From assembly GCA_046581755.1 (NCBI GenBank), contig JAYGFR010000139.1:1-30217 (forward strand): a stretch of 30,217 nt of DNA, read 5' to 3'. The notes below the pieces were generated by a model, which was not told the DNA's origin, searched no databases, and worked only from the letters and a program-made list of their open reading frames with translations. A program made the translations under genes and the position numbers. This stretch comes from Nitrospinota bacterium (lineage in GTDB: Bacteria > UBA8248). Shown here piece after piece: positions 8,290 to 17,501 of the stretch; the stretch's first letter is position 1, and every line of letters begins with the position of its first letter.

Positions 8290-8730
8290 ATGAATCGTTT
8301 AACCGTGAGAAAAAAAATCGGAGTGCCCGCCGACAGGGCCTGGGAAATCGTTTCGCAATACGGGGAGGCCGGGCCGGACCGCTGCCATTCCTTCGGGACG
8401 GTCGCCGGAAAGGTGGCGGGCTGGGTGGATGGCGCTGGCGTGCCCACCGGGTTTATGAACCGTGCCCTGCCCCTCAAGAACGCCAGGGTGGACGTCACCG
8501 TCCGCCACACCGGGGTGGATTCTTCCGAGGTGACGGTCACGATGGACTATGCCGTTGGGAGCGGTCCCATCGGCGCGGTGATTCATGCGATGGCCATGCG
8601 GAGAACCCTCCGTCGCGCCATCGACGGGATCGCCTGCCGGGTGAGTCTATCGGCCGGGGCGGAGGGGGCGGGAAGCTCCCCCCTGGGCGGGGGCGTCCCG
8701 AGAGAAGGCCGGGCGGTCTTCGCCGTATGA
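8290..8730 (+). CDS. SRPBCC/polyketide-cyclase-like protein, possibly degenerate
   Basis: LTVRKKIGVPADRAWEIV N-terminal pattern and SEVTVTMDY...GPIGAVI C-terminal pattern; the middle looks shortened. AAGGAG RBS before ATG 8290. Confidence 0.55.
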   Translation: MNRLTVRKKIGVPADRAWEIVSQYGEAGPDRCHSFGTVAGKVAGWVDGAGVPTGFMNRALPLKNARVDVTVRHTGVDSSEVTVTMDYAVGSGPIGAVIHAMAMRRTLRRAIDGIACRVSLSAGAEGAGSSPLGGGVPREGRAVFAV

Positions 8731-8747
8731 GTGCTGTAACCCGAAAC

Positions 8748-8793
8748 AAAAAATCCCCCCCCCGGCGAGCCGGCGAGGGGGGGGGATTTTTTT
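8748..8793. terminator. Bidirectional rho-independent terminator
   Basis: AAAAAAT-C9...G9-ATTTTTTT between convergent genes. Confidence 0.85.
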
Positions 8794-8826
8794 GGGGCCG
8801 CGTTGAGAAGAACCTGCGTTGACCCA

Positions 8827-9549
8827 TCAGGTCTTGGGCGCGAGGGCAAGGCGCTCTTTTAAAAGGCGCCCGGCGCCCGGGACAGGCTCGTCGTAGCCGG
8901 CCTTAAGGAGGGTGTGCCACATGGCGGTCGTGTTGCTCGTGAGGACCGGCTTGCCGAGTTCGGCTTCGAGCGCTTCCACCCCTTCGAGGGCGCGGAAGTT
9001 CGTGCAGCTGATGAAGATGCCGTCCGCATCGGGGGTGTCCACCTCCCGGGCAAGCTCCATCGAGCGCTCGGGAGGCAGAAACGCCGGACATTCGATATCG
9101 AGCCCTTTTTCGGCGACGGTCTCAATGCCCAGATTATCGAGGAAGCTGACCAGCCGCTCGTTCAGCCACCGGGGATAGGGGGATGCGATGGCGACGCGAG
9201 CGATACCCATCTCGCGCATGGCCTCGACGAGGGCGGTGGAGGTCGTGGACGAGGGGATTCCGGTGCGCTCCTCGATCATGTCGGCGATCTCTTTGTCCAC
9301 CCCGGGGCGCACGAAGCTGCCCCCCGTGCAGCCGAAGGAGATGGCGTCGAGGCCCGCGTCGGCGAGCATATCCGCCATGTGCGGCACCTCCTTGATCATG
9401 TGAAGGATGGTTTCCTCCTCATCGTCGGTATGCGGGATGCGCGTGAAATGGACCGAGACGCCCTCGGGCGCTATGCGCCAGCATTCGTATTCCATCACCG
9501 TGTTCCAGGAAGGAACCATGAAGCCGATTTTTTTCTTCCATTCCGTCAT
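8827..9549 (-). CDS. Maleate cis-trans isomerase / arylmalonate decarboxylase (Asp/Glu racemase superfamily)
   Basis: IGFMVPSWNTVME, FGCTGGS, ASPY and ISCTNF (two catalytic Cys), plus KPVLTSN. AGGAGAA RBS before ATG 9549. Confidence 0.9.
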   Translation of the reverse strand: MTEWKKKIGFMVPSWNTVMEYECWRIAPEGVSVHFTRIPHTDDEEETILHMIKEVPHMADMLADAGLDAISFGCTGGSFVRPGVDKEIADMIEERTGIPSSTTSTALVEAMREMGIARVAIASPYPRWLNERLVSFLDNLGIETVAEKGLDIECPAFLPPERSMELAREVDTPDADGIFISCTNFRALEGVEALEAELGKPVLTSNTTAMWHTLLKAGYDEPVPGAGRLLKERLALAPKT

Positions 9550-9725
9550 GACGTTCTCCTTCATGCGCGGGCCGGGGCGCCGGCCCCCAACGCTTGAATC
9601 GCTTGAATCGCCGGTTTGCCCAGCTTTCTCCAGAATGATAGAGCAGAAGGGAGCCGCACACAACGAGGCGCCCGTTTGCGCCGCGCACCGGAAGATTCGT
9701 CTTCCAGTCCGAGGAGGAAACCATC

Positions 9726-10112
9726 ATGGCGAGTGATTCGCCCGATTCCCGCCCCGCGGTGGCCCTGGGCCATGTCAGCCTGGAGGTGTCCGACCTGCCT
9801 GCGTCGGCGGAATTTTTCACCGGGTTGGGGATGCGGGAAATAGTCCTGCGGGACAGCTTCGCGGTGCTGGAGTTGCGGGGCGGATCCCATCTTATTCTGA
9901 ACCAGGCCGAGGGACCTGTCTCCCCGGGGACCAAGGTTCCCTTCGACCTGATGGTGGACGACATCGAGGCCACGCGGGACGCGTTCGAGGAGCGGGGCCT
10001 TTCGCCCTCGGGCTTCGAGAAGGGACAGGTTCACACCGAGTTCACTATTTCCGGACCGGACGGCTGCAACGTCACCATGACCTCATCGCACACCTCCGGA
10101 AGGGTGGTGTAG
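9726..10112 (+). CDS. VOC/glyoxalase-family protein
   Basis: LGHVSLEVSDL..SAEFF, FDLMVDDIEA and GPDG motifs; GAGGAGG RBS. Confidence 0.85.
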   Translation: MASDSPDSRPAVALGHVSLEVSDLPASAEFFTGLGMREIVLRDSFAVLELRGGSHLILNQAEGPVSPGTKVPFDLMVDDIEATRDAFEERGLSPSGFEKGQVHTEFTISGPDGCNVTMTSSHTSGRVV

Positions 10113-10121
10113 AGGGGCGGC

Positions 10122-10793
10122 ATGCCGGACGATCCCGTCGCCCCGGCGCGCGGCGTTTTCCCGGAGTACCGGACACTGCCGGGCCTCTTCGCGGATGAGG
10201 TGCACGGGCTGGGGGACGGCGCGCTGGACCGCCGCCGCCCCGAAAAAGGATGGGGCGGCTGGTCTATCCGGGAGCAGGTCAGCCATGTGGCCTGGATTCC
10301 CTTTCTTATTTTTCGGGTGTATTGGGGCGGGATTCTCTTCGGAGAGCCGGCGGCCCCCGGGGCGATCGCCGAGAGAACGGGCGGGGCCGACCGGATGCTC
10401 GATCCGGCCCGCTACGGGCGCATGGAGGATATTCTCGCCGCCCTAGAGGAGGGCTTCGGGATGGGCTGGGATATCCTCGGGCGCGAAACCCTGGGCTCGA
10501 TGCGCGAGAAAACCCTGGCCCGGCGGATCGACCCGGACCGTACCTGGGCCACCGGGGAGCGGGTGATCGATTATTTCGAATCACTCGTCCTGCCGGCGCA
10601 CGAGGCGGGCCTCCGCCGCGACCCGGACGATCCCCATCTATTTCACCAAACCCTCGAAAGCGCCATGCGGCATGTCACCTGGGAAGCCTTCGTTCACCTC
10701 AAGACGATCCAGCTCCACAAAACCGCCGAGGGACTCCCCACCGGGCCGCCCGTTCCCGAGGAGGGGTACATTCCGCTATTAAATTGGGATTAG
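10122..10793 (+). CDS. DinB-like four-helix protein
   Basis: WSIREQVSHV N-terminal motif and MRHVTWEAFVHLKTIQ C-terminal His motif. Confidence 0.6.
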   Translation: MPDDPVAPARGVFPEYRTLPGLFADEVHGLGDGALDRRRPEKGWGGWSIREQVSHVAWIPFLIFRVYWGGILFGEPAAPGAIAERTGGADRMLDPARYGRMEDILAALEEGFGMGWDILGRETLGSMREKTLARRIDPDRTWATGERVIDYFESLVLPAHEAGLRRDPDDPHLFHQTLESAMRHVTWEAFVHLKTIQLHKTAEGLPTGPPVPEEGYIPLLNWD

Positions 10794-10917
10794 GGCGGGG
10801 CATATCTCATAAAGCCTCCCCGGCCGTTTTCATCCGGCGGTCTTTCCCCGATTCCATCCATCATGCCTCCGCCGTGATTGGTGTCTTGGATTTCTCATAA
10901 ACTGGATCTTTTTCAGG

Positions 10918-10931
10918 TCCAATATTTTGGA
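10918..10931. promoter_or_regulatory. Possible operator palindrome upstream of the PHP-hydrolase/oxidoreductase pair
   Basis: TCCAA-TATT-TTGGA in an AT-rich intergenic patch. Confidence 0.35.
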
Positions 10932-10991
10932 TATGCTCACGGCTGGCCAAAGGGCGAACGGCTCCGCTTTCACCAAAGGAGAATTCAGGAT

Positions 10992-12935
10992 GTGGAGAGG
11001 GACGATGGGATCGCGGAATATTTCGCCATCCATGACGATTCCACCGGAGGCCGTTTCATGAGCCAGCCAGGGAGAGGGATCGGCGCGTTCCGCGATTTCA
11101 CGTTCGGGGAGGGACTCGGGCGGGCGGAGGCGGACCCCCCCGGTCCGGCGGTGGCGGGCCGCCTCGGCATGTGGCGGTTCACCTACTCGGCGGGCCCGCG
11201 CGGGGTGGTCGATGGCGGCGCGGTGCGCTTCACCCCGCCGAACGGGTTCAGCGCCCCCCAGTTCGAGGACATGACCGCGCCCGGATACTGCTCGTTTTCG
11301 TGCGATGAGAAGGGGGTGCGCCTCGCGCCCTCGCTCTGGGAGCCCGAGCTGGGGGTCACCTTCCTCCCCGCCAGCCTGACGCTCACCCTGGAGGCGGGCT
11401 CCCTCGCGGAAGGCGGGCGGGTGGAGATCGTTTACGGTTGGACGCCCTCGGGGATTCCGGGGGCGCGGGCGCAGCTTCTGGCGATGCCCGCCGCTTTCCA
11501 CTTCACGATTAATGCGGCCGGAGACGGGGGCTGGGAGCTTCTGCCCGGCCCGCCCGTTATCGATGTGCGGCCCGAGGCCCCGGCGAAGGCGATTGCGGTT
11601 TCTCCGGCCCAGGCCGTTTGCGGGGAGCCCTTCGCCCTTCGGATTGTGGTGCGTGACAGGTATGGAAACGTCGTTCCGGACTACCGGGGGAAAATCGAAT
11701 TTCGGGCGGCCGGGGGGGAGGCTCACCATCCTGGCGCCGTTTCGGCCTCGGGCGGGGTGACGGTGGCGGAGGGTTTTTCGATCGATGCGCCGGGCGTCCG
11801 CCGGATCGAGGTGGAGGCGGAGGGGCTTCCCCCCGCGCGGACCCCGCCGATCCGGGCGGAGGCGAGAGCGCCCGAAAGGCGGCTTCTCTTCGGCGATCCG
11901 CACTGCATGAGCGGGCTCTGCGTGGGCGAATACCCGGCCGGGCTCGACGCGCGGGGGATCGTCGATTACGTCCACACCTACGCGCGCGACGCCGCCGGGG
12001 TGGATTTCGGGGCCTGCACCTCGCTGGGCTACCGGATGGACGATGCCGAGTGGCGGGCGGTTTGTGAGGGTGCGCGGGATTTCACCGAACCAGGCCGCTA
12101 CGTCGCGCTCCCCGCCTACGAATGGTTCGGGATGCGGGAGCGCCAGGACGGAAACCGGAACGTCTATTTTCTGGACGACGATGGCCCGCCCAAATATCAT
12201 TCGCGCGATCCCGAATCCGATATGCCCGAAAAGCTCTGGGCGAAGCTCGAGGGGATGGAGGGGCGAGCGCTCACGATTCCCCACCATTCGGCGAGCGCGA
12301 TTATCGGGACGCGGTGGGAGTATCACAATCCCCGCTTCCAGCGGCTGGTAGAGATCTATTCCATCTGGGGAAACTCCGAGGCCCAGGGCTGCGAGCGCCC
12401 GCTGGTGAATTCCTCCGACTACGAACATCAATCCGTCGAGGTGGCGCTCGAAAAAGGCTTCCGCCTCGGAATTGTCGCCGGCTCGGACACCCACACATCG
12501 CAGCCCGGCTATTCGAACCGCCTCCGGCTCAAGAACGGCTGGCACGGCGGATACGCCTGCGTCTGGGCGGAGAGCTTCGATCGCGAGGGAATCTTCCGGG
12601 CGCTCTGGGAGCGGCGCTGCTACGGGACGACCGGGGCGCGGATTATCCTGGAGTTCACCCTCGGCGGCGAGCCGATGGGGTCGGAGATCGCCCTCGCGGC
12701 GGGGGCCGCGCGAGAGGTCTGGGTCCGCGCCGAGGGTACGGGCGATATTGCCGAGGTGGCCGTGATCAAGAACGCCCGCGCGGCGCACCTGTTCAAAGGC
12801 GGGGGGGAATCGTTCGAGGGGCGCTGGACCGATCCCGCGGGGCGGGAACGCGGGACGGATTATTACTATGTCCGGGTGAAACAGGCGGACGGCGAGATGG
12901 CTTGGTCGAGCCCGGTCTGGGTGGAGGCCGGATAG
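10992..12935 (+). CDS. DUF3604 / CehA-McbA-like PHP-fold metallohydrolase with N-terminal beta-sandwich region
   Basis: LLFGDPH, ALPAYEW, GNRNVYF, TIPHH, LVEIYSIWG, GIVAGSDTH, RRCYGTTG and YYYVRVKQADGEMAWSSPVWV. Start is GTG 10992 (AGGAG RBS) or ATG 11058. Confidence 0.8.
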   Translation: MERDDGIAEYFAIHDDSTGGRFMSQPGRGIGAFRDFTFGEGLGRAEADPPGPAVAGRLGMWRFTYSAGPRGVVDGGAVRFTPPNGFSAPQFEDMTAPGYCSFSCDEKGVRLAPSLWEPELGVTFLPASLTLTLEAGSLAEGGRVEIVYGWTPSGIPGARAQLLAMPAAFHFTINAAGDGGWELLPGPPVIDVRPEAPAKAIAVSPAQAVCGEPFALRIVVRDRYGNVVPDYRGKIEFRAAGGEAHHPGAVSASGGVTVAEGFSIDAPGVRRIEVEAEGLPPARTPPIRAEARAPERRLLFGDPHCMSGLCVGEYPAGLDARGIVDYVHTYARDAAGVDFGACTSLGYRMDDAEWRAVCEGARDFTEPGRYVALPAYEWFGMRERQDGNRNVYFLDDDGPPKYHSRDPESDMPEKLWAKLEGMEGRALTIPHHSASAIIGTRWEYHNPRFQRLVEIYSIWGNSEAQGCERPLVNSSDYEHQSVEVALEKGFRLGIVAGSDTHTSQPGYSNRLRLKNGWHGGYACVWAESFDREGIFRALWERRCYGTTGARIILEFTLGGEPMGSEIALAAGAAREVWVRAEGTGDIAEVAVIKNARAAHLFKGGGESFEGRWTDPAGRERGTDYYYVRVKQADGEMAWSSPVWVEAG

Positions 12936-12938
12936 GCG

Positions 12939-14120
12939 ATGGCGAACGAGACGGCGGACGCGGTCATTATCGGCGGCGGGGTGATGGGAACCTCCATCGC
13001 CTTCCAGCTTACCCGGCGCGGATTCGGCAAGGTCGCGCTCCTCGAGCGGAACGAAATAGCCTCGGGCACGACGGGAAAATCCTCCGCCCTCATCCGGATG
13101 CACTACTCCAACGAGAGCACGATCCGGATGGCGTGGCGCTCACTCGAATTTTTCGAGAATTTCGAGGAGATCACCGGGGGTAGCCAGGCCAGCCTGCGCC
13201 AGCCGGGCTATCTCGTATTCGCGAACGAGGCGCTGGCCGGCGGCGTCCGGAAAAATATCGCTCTCGCCCAATCGCTCGGGGTCGAGACCGAATGGATCGA
13301 ACGCGGCGAGGTGGCCCGCCTCGCCCCCTGGGCGAAGCTGGACGACGTGGCCGGGGCGGCCTGGGAGCGCAGGAGCGGCTACGCCGATCCCTACGGGGTG
13401 GCGATGGGGTTCGCCGCCGGGGCGAGGCGCCAGAGCGCGCTCATTCACCAGAACCGGCCCGTCACCGGGGTGCGCGTGGAGGGCGGGCGCGTCGCCGGGG
13501 TGGACACCCCCCTGGGCCCGATCGATACGCCTGTCGTCGTGAACGCCGCCGGGGCCTGGGTGAACAAGGTGGCTGCCCTGAGCGGGGACCGCTTTCCCGC
13601 GGAAGCCATCCGGGAGCAGGACACCGTTTTCGAGACCGGGGGACCGGGCGGTGGGCGGATCGGGGTCGTCGTCTACGATGCGCCGACCAAGCTCTACTAC
13701 CGCCCGGAGGGGGAGAACCTCCTCCTCATCGGGCGCGACAACATCGATCCCGAATACGTGGACCCGGACGATTTCAACCCGAAAGAGGACATGGATTTCG
13801 TTCTGGACGTGGTGGAGCGGATGACGCGGCGCTGGCCCGGGTTCGAAAGCGCCCGCCTCTACCGGGGCTGGGGCTGCCTCTACTGCATCACCCCGGACTG
13901 GATGCCCATCATGGACCGGCACCCATCGGCGGAGGGCTATTTCATCTGCACCGGGATGAGTGGGCACGGCTTTAAGCTGTCCCCCGCCGTGGGCGAGATG
14001 ATGTCCGAATTTATCATGACCGGCGCCTGCCCCCGGCCCGATATCGGCGACTACCGCCTCGCCCGATTCGCCGAGGGAGACCTCATGCAGAGCGTCTTCG
14101 ACCGGGGGTTTCAGGGGTAG
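12939..14120 (+). CDS. FAD-dependent oxidoreductase, DAO / sarcosine oxidase beta-like
   Basis: VIIGGGVMG, ASGTTGKSSA, VVNAAGAW, TPDWMPI and GMSGHGFKLSPAVG. Confidence 0.92.
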   Translation: MANETADAVIIGGGVMGTSIAFQLTRRGFGKVALLERNEIASGTTGKSSALIRMHYSNESTIRMAWRSLEFFENFEEITGGSQASLRQPGYLVFANEALAGGVRKNIALAQSLGVETEWIERGEVARLAPWAKLDDVAGAAWERRSGYADPYGVAMGFAAGARRQSALIHQNRPVTGVRVEGGRVAGVDTPLGPIDTPVVVNAAGAWVNKVAALSGDRFPAEAIREQDTVFETGGPGGGRIGVVVYDAPTKLYYRPEGENLLLIGRDNIDPEYVDPDDFNPKEDMDFVLDVVERMTRRWPGFESARLYRGWGCLYCITPDWMPIMDRHPSAEGYFICTGMSGHGFKLSPAVGEMMSEFIMTGACPRPDIGDYRLARFAEGDLMQSVFDRGFQG

Positions 14121-14133
14121 GGAGGATGAGGCG

Positions 14134-14913
14134 CTACTTCTTCGGCCTCGGAATAATTTCGAGCATCGGGTAGAGCTTTTCGGTGTTTTCGGCCAGGCCG
14201 AAGAATAGGGGGTTTTCCTCTTTTTGGCCGGCGGCGAGGGAGCGCAGGTCGAGGGGCCGCCCGTCCGGATAAAAAGCGCCGCCGCCTACCTCCATGAGAA
14301 CGGCCAGCGGGCCGAGAATGTCCCAGATATAGGGCCGGTCCACGAGCGCCCCGATGCCGCTTCCGGTCGCGGCGAAGGCGACGTGGGCGGCGATGCTGCC
14401 GTAGGCCATGCTTTTTCCCGGAAAGTTCATCTTGTAGAATCGTTTTCGCGAAGAGGGCGAGAGCAGGACCGTCTGGTTGTCGATCTCCATGGGCTGGAGC
14501 TGTGGGAGGGGCGCACCGTTCTGGACGGCTCCTTCTCCCCGGACGGCGAGGAGCATCTCGTCCAGGCGCGGCAGAAACATTCCCCCGGCTGTTGGTTCGC
14601 CCTTCTCCATCGCCCCGATGCAGACGCCCCAGGTGGGCAGCCCGTTCAGGAACGGGTTGGTCCCGTCGATGGGGTCGATGGCCCAAAGGCGCTGGCCGTC
14701 GATTTCGGCGGTGAAGGTGGCGCCGTGTTCCTCGCCGATGATCCGGTCGTCGGGAAAACGCTCCGTGATGCGCTTTGTGATATAGGTTTCCACCTGACGG
14801 TCGGCGTCGCTGACCAGGCTGCGGTCGGCCTTCCGCTCGCCCTTGGCGTTCGAGGCGAGGGCGAGGGCCATCCGGCCCGCCTCCCGAAGCGTGTCTTCGA
14901 TAAATGCTTTCAT
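14134..14913 (-). CDS. Inositol monophosphatase-family protein
   Basis: LVSDAD, IIGEE, WAIDPIDGTNPF and IWD motifs. Confidence 0.92.
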   Translation of the reverse strand: MKAFIEDTLREAGRMALALASNAKGERKADRSLVSDADRQVETYITKRITERFPDDRIIGEEHGATFTAEIDGQRLWAIDPIDGTNPFLNGLPTWGVCIGAMEKGEPTAGGMFLPRLDEMLLAVRGEGAVQNGAPLPQLQPMEIDNQTVLLSPSSRKRFYKMNFPGKSMAYGSIAAHVAFAATGSGIGALVDRPYIWDILGPLAVLMEVGGGAFYPDGRPLDLRSLAAGQKEENPLFFGLAENTEKLYPMLEIIPRPKK

Positions 14914-15157
14914 GAGTTTCCGGTGCGCCCCCTGTTTCGGGTTCAAGCGGATACGGGGTCCGATATGGGGTCCGGGCCGGCCGCCCCGTTGCCCCAGATG
15001 AAACTACCGCGCCCGGGCGTTTTTCGCCAGAGCCACTTCCCGGTTGCCTGGGGCGGGGGCGGAGAGGGATACTGGCGGCGAGGCATGAGACCGGCTTTCC
15101 CGCCGGCGGGCGATAAAACCCATCGCCCGCCGGAGCATCCCGATAAATGAGCCCGGT

Positions 15158-16576
15158 TTGAAAAAAACGCAGGAGAAAATCCGCAACCGCTACGATTACA
15201 CAAAAGGCTCCATCGGCTGGGGGGTCACCCGCCTTTCGGTGCCCATGTGCGTCGAGCAGGTCATCCGCAACATCGACGGCATTTTGGAGATCTACTGGAT
15301 CGGAAGCCTGGGGCCCGAGTTTCTGGCGGCGACCTCGCTCGGCTTCATGACCATTCTTTTCCTGCGCTCGTTCGGATTCGGCATCCGCATCGCGGGCCAG
15401 GCGCTCGTCGCCCAGCGCATCGGCGCGGAGGACGGCGAGGGCGCCTCGGCCGTCGCGGGCCAGGCGATTCTGATCCTCCTTATCTATGCCCTGGCGTTCA
15501 CCGCGCTCGGCTTCGTTTTCTCGCCCTATATCATGGCGCTGATGACCTCCGATCCCGTTATCCTGCGGCTCGGCACCTCTTACATGCGCGCGGGCTTTGC
15601 GGTGTTCGTCGCCTGGGAGGGGATGTTCGTTTTCTCGAACATCCTCCGCGGGGCGGGGGAGCCGGGCTATACGCTGGCCGCCATGATCGCCGGGGTCTGC
15701 CTGTCGATCGCGGCGGTACCCCTGCTGATCTTCGGCGCAGGCCCGGTGCCGGCCATGGGAATCGCGGGCGGTTTTCTGGGCATGGGCGTGGGGCGGTTCA
15801 CGGGCTGGATGGTGATGTTGTACGTCGTGGCGACGGGCCGCTCGCGGGTGAAGGTCCGGCTCCGGGATTTGCGGCCCCGGCCCGATATCGTCCGGCGCTT
15901 GATCGCCCTGGCCTGGCCCGTTTCGGTCCAAAACCTCCTGGAGCGCGGGGCGAACCTCATCCTGCTTCGGATGCTTTCGCCCTTTGGCGCGTTCGCCTTG
16001 GCGGCATGGGCGGTGGGCAACCGGGTCACGCTGATCGCGCGGATGCCCAGCTTCGGGCTCCAGGGCTCGGTCCGCACTCTGGTGGGCCAGAACATGGGGG
16101 CGGGCCAGCCCGAACGGGCGGTCCGCACGGTGAAGTACGCCCTCGCCGCGCTGGTCGTCTTTATGGGGGCGGTCTCCCTCGGCCTGTTCATTTTCGCCCC
16201 CAGGATTGTCGCCGTCTTCGGGATGAAGGGCGGGGCGGCGGGCATCGGCACGGTGGCCCTGCGCATCCTGAGCGTTGGCCTTGTGATGGAATCGGCGCGC
16301 CGCGTCGTGACGGGCGCGTTCCAGGGGAGCGGCCAAACGAAGCCGCCCATGCTCATCGAGGGTATCGTTCGCTGGGCGGTCCAGATTCCGGCGGCGCTTC
16401 TGATGACGGTGCCGCTGGGGGTGGGCGCGGCGGGCATCTGGCTGGCCATCTCGGGGAGCCAGTTCATCAGCGGGGTGGCCATGCTCGCCTGGTTCTGGTA
16501 CTGGGCCAGGGGCGGGGGGATGGCAAGCCGCGCAGCGGCGATTTCGGCCGATGCGCCCGAGGCCCGGGGTGTATAA
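15158..16576 (+). CDS. MATE-family efflux transporter
   Basis: YTKGSI start, VAQRIGA, ILRGAGE, MGIAG, LVGQNMGAGQPERA and FQGSGQTKPP; about 12 TM segments. Confidence 0.92.
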   Translation: MKKTQEKIRNRYDYTKGSIGWGVTRLSVPMCVEQVIRNIDGILEIYWIGSLGPEFLAATSLGFMTILFLRSFGFGIRIAGQALVAQRIGAEDGEGASAVAGQAILILLIYALAFTALGFVFSPYIMALMTSDPVILRLGTSYMRAGFAVFVAWEGMFVFSNILRGAGEPGYTLAAMIAGVCLSIAAVPLLIFGAGPVPAMGIAGGFLGMGVGRFTGWMVMLYVVATGRSRVKVRLRDLRPRPDIVRRLIALAWPVSVQNLLERGANLILLRMLSPFGAFALAAWAVGNRVTLIARMPSFGLQGSVRTLVGQNMGAGQPERAVRTVKYALAALVVFMGAVSLGLFIFAPRIVAVFGMKGGAAGIGTVALRILSVGLVMESARRVVTGAFQGSGQTKPPMLIEGIVRWAVQIPAALLMTVPLGVGAAGIWLAISGSQFISGVAMLAWFWYWARGGGMASRAAAISADAPEARGV

Positions 16577-16625
16577 TCGGCCCGGAAATTTTCAGCGCGC
16601 CCCGCGCGCGGAAAGATCGGATCGG

Positions 16626-17456
16626 ATGAAAGAAGAAGAGCTCAAAGTCATCGGCCCGGGCGATGAGACCAGCGGCCATCCCTCGGCCATCTACGGGCCG
16701 GTGGATTCCTGGCGCTTCGGAAGCTCGCTCGGGGTGGACCTGATCCTCCAGGCGAGCGTGTGCTCGTTCAACTGCGTTTACTGCCAGCTCGGGAGCATCC
16801 AGATCGTCACCGGCGAGCGGCGGCTTTTCGTCACGACCGCCCGCGTCATGGCCGACCTCGAAAAAGCCCCCTGGCGCGGCGCCGATATTGTCACCTTCAG
16901 CGGGAGCGGGGAGCCCACCCTCGCGCTCAACCTGGGCGAAGCCCTCGGCGCCATCAAGGAGCGCACCGGCATCGTCACCCATGTCCTCACGAACGGGACC
17001 CTGCTCCACCTGCCCGAGGTGCGGGAGGCCCTTTGCCGGGCCGACCGGGTCTCGGTCAAGCTCGACGCGCCCGATGAGGCCATGTTCCAGCGGGTGAACC
17101 GGCCCGTCCCCGGCGTCACCCTGGCGGGCATCGTCGAGGCCACGATCGCCTTCCGCCGGGAATTCGGCGGCCACCTGGACAGCCAGGTCATGTACATGCC
17201 CGTCAACCGCGCCATGACGGATGCGCTCTGCGATCTGCTGAATAAAATCCGCCCCGACGAGGTCCAGCTCAACACCCCCAAACGCGCCTACCCGGCCTTG
17301 TGGTTCGTCGAAACCCGCGGCCGCTACGGTCGCGAGGACGCTCCCGCCAGGCTCAGCGAACTCCGGACCATCGGCGCCGGGGAAGCCGGAGAGGTCAAAA
17401 GGGTGATCCGGGAGAAAACCGGGCTGGCCGTGAGCAGCGTTTATGGCGGGGAGTGA
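16626..17456 (+). CDS. Radical SAM protein (COG0731-like)
   Basis: IYGPVDSWRFGSSLGVD, CSFNCVYC (CxxxCxxC), TFSGSGEPTL and LTNGTL. A perfect TATAAT overlaps the MATE stop upstream. Confidence 0.92.
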   Translation: MKEEELKVIGPGDETSGHPSAIYGPVDSWRFGSSLGVDLILQASVCSFNCVYCQLGSIQIVTGERRLFVTTARVMADLEKAPWRGADIVTFSGSGEPTLALNLGEALGAIKERTGIVTHVLTNGTLLHLPEVREALCRADRVSVKLDAPDEAMFQRVNRPVPGVTLAGIVEATIAFRREFGGHLDSQVMYMPVNRAMTDALCDLLNKIRPDEVQLNTPKRAYPALWFVETRGRYGREDAPARLSELRTIGAGEAGEVKRVIREKTGLAVSSVYGGE

Positions 17457-17501
17457 TGGGGGTTTTAACAGTGCTAAAAATTAAATCTAAATCGCAAAAA
17501 A

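Noticed and set aside
4330..8793. Mobile element (IS, integron or prophage) explaining the island
   Set aside because: No transposase, integrase, att sites or terminal inverted repeats were recognised.
10990..11061. 23-codon mini-ORF with ATGA overlap as a leader peptide
   Set aside because: The same RBS serves an in-frame GTG at 10992 that gives a plausible N-terminus for the hydrolase, which is the simpler explanation.
10830..13103. 757-aa minus-strand ORF
   Set aside because: Antisense shadow of the PHP hydrolase; Arg/Pro/Gly-rich with no motifs, as expected from high-GC codon bias.
14111..16336. 741-aa minus-strand ORF
   Set aside because: Shadow of the MATE gene and an alternate frame of the IMPase; low-complexity with no family signal.
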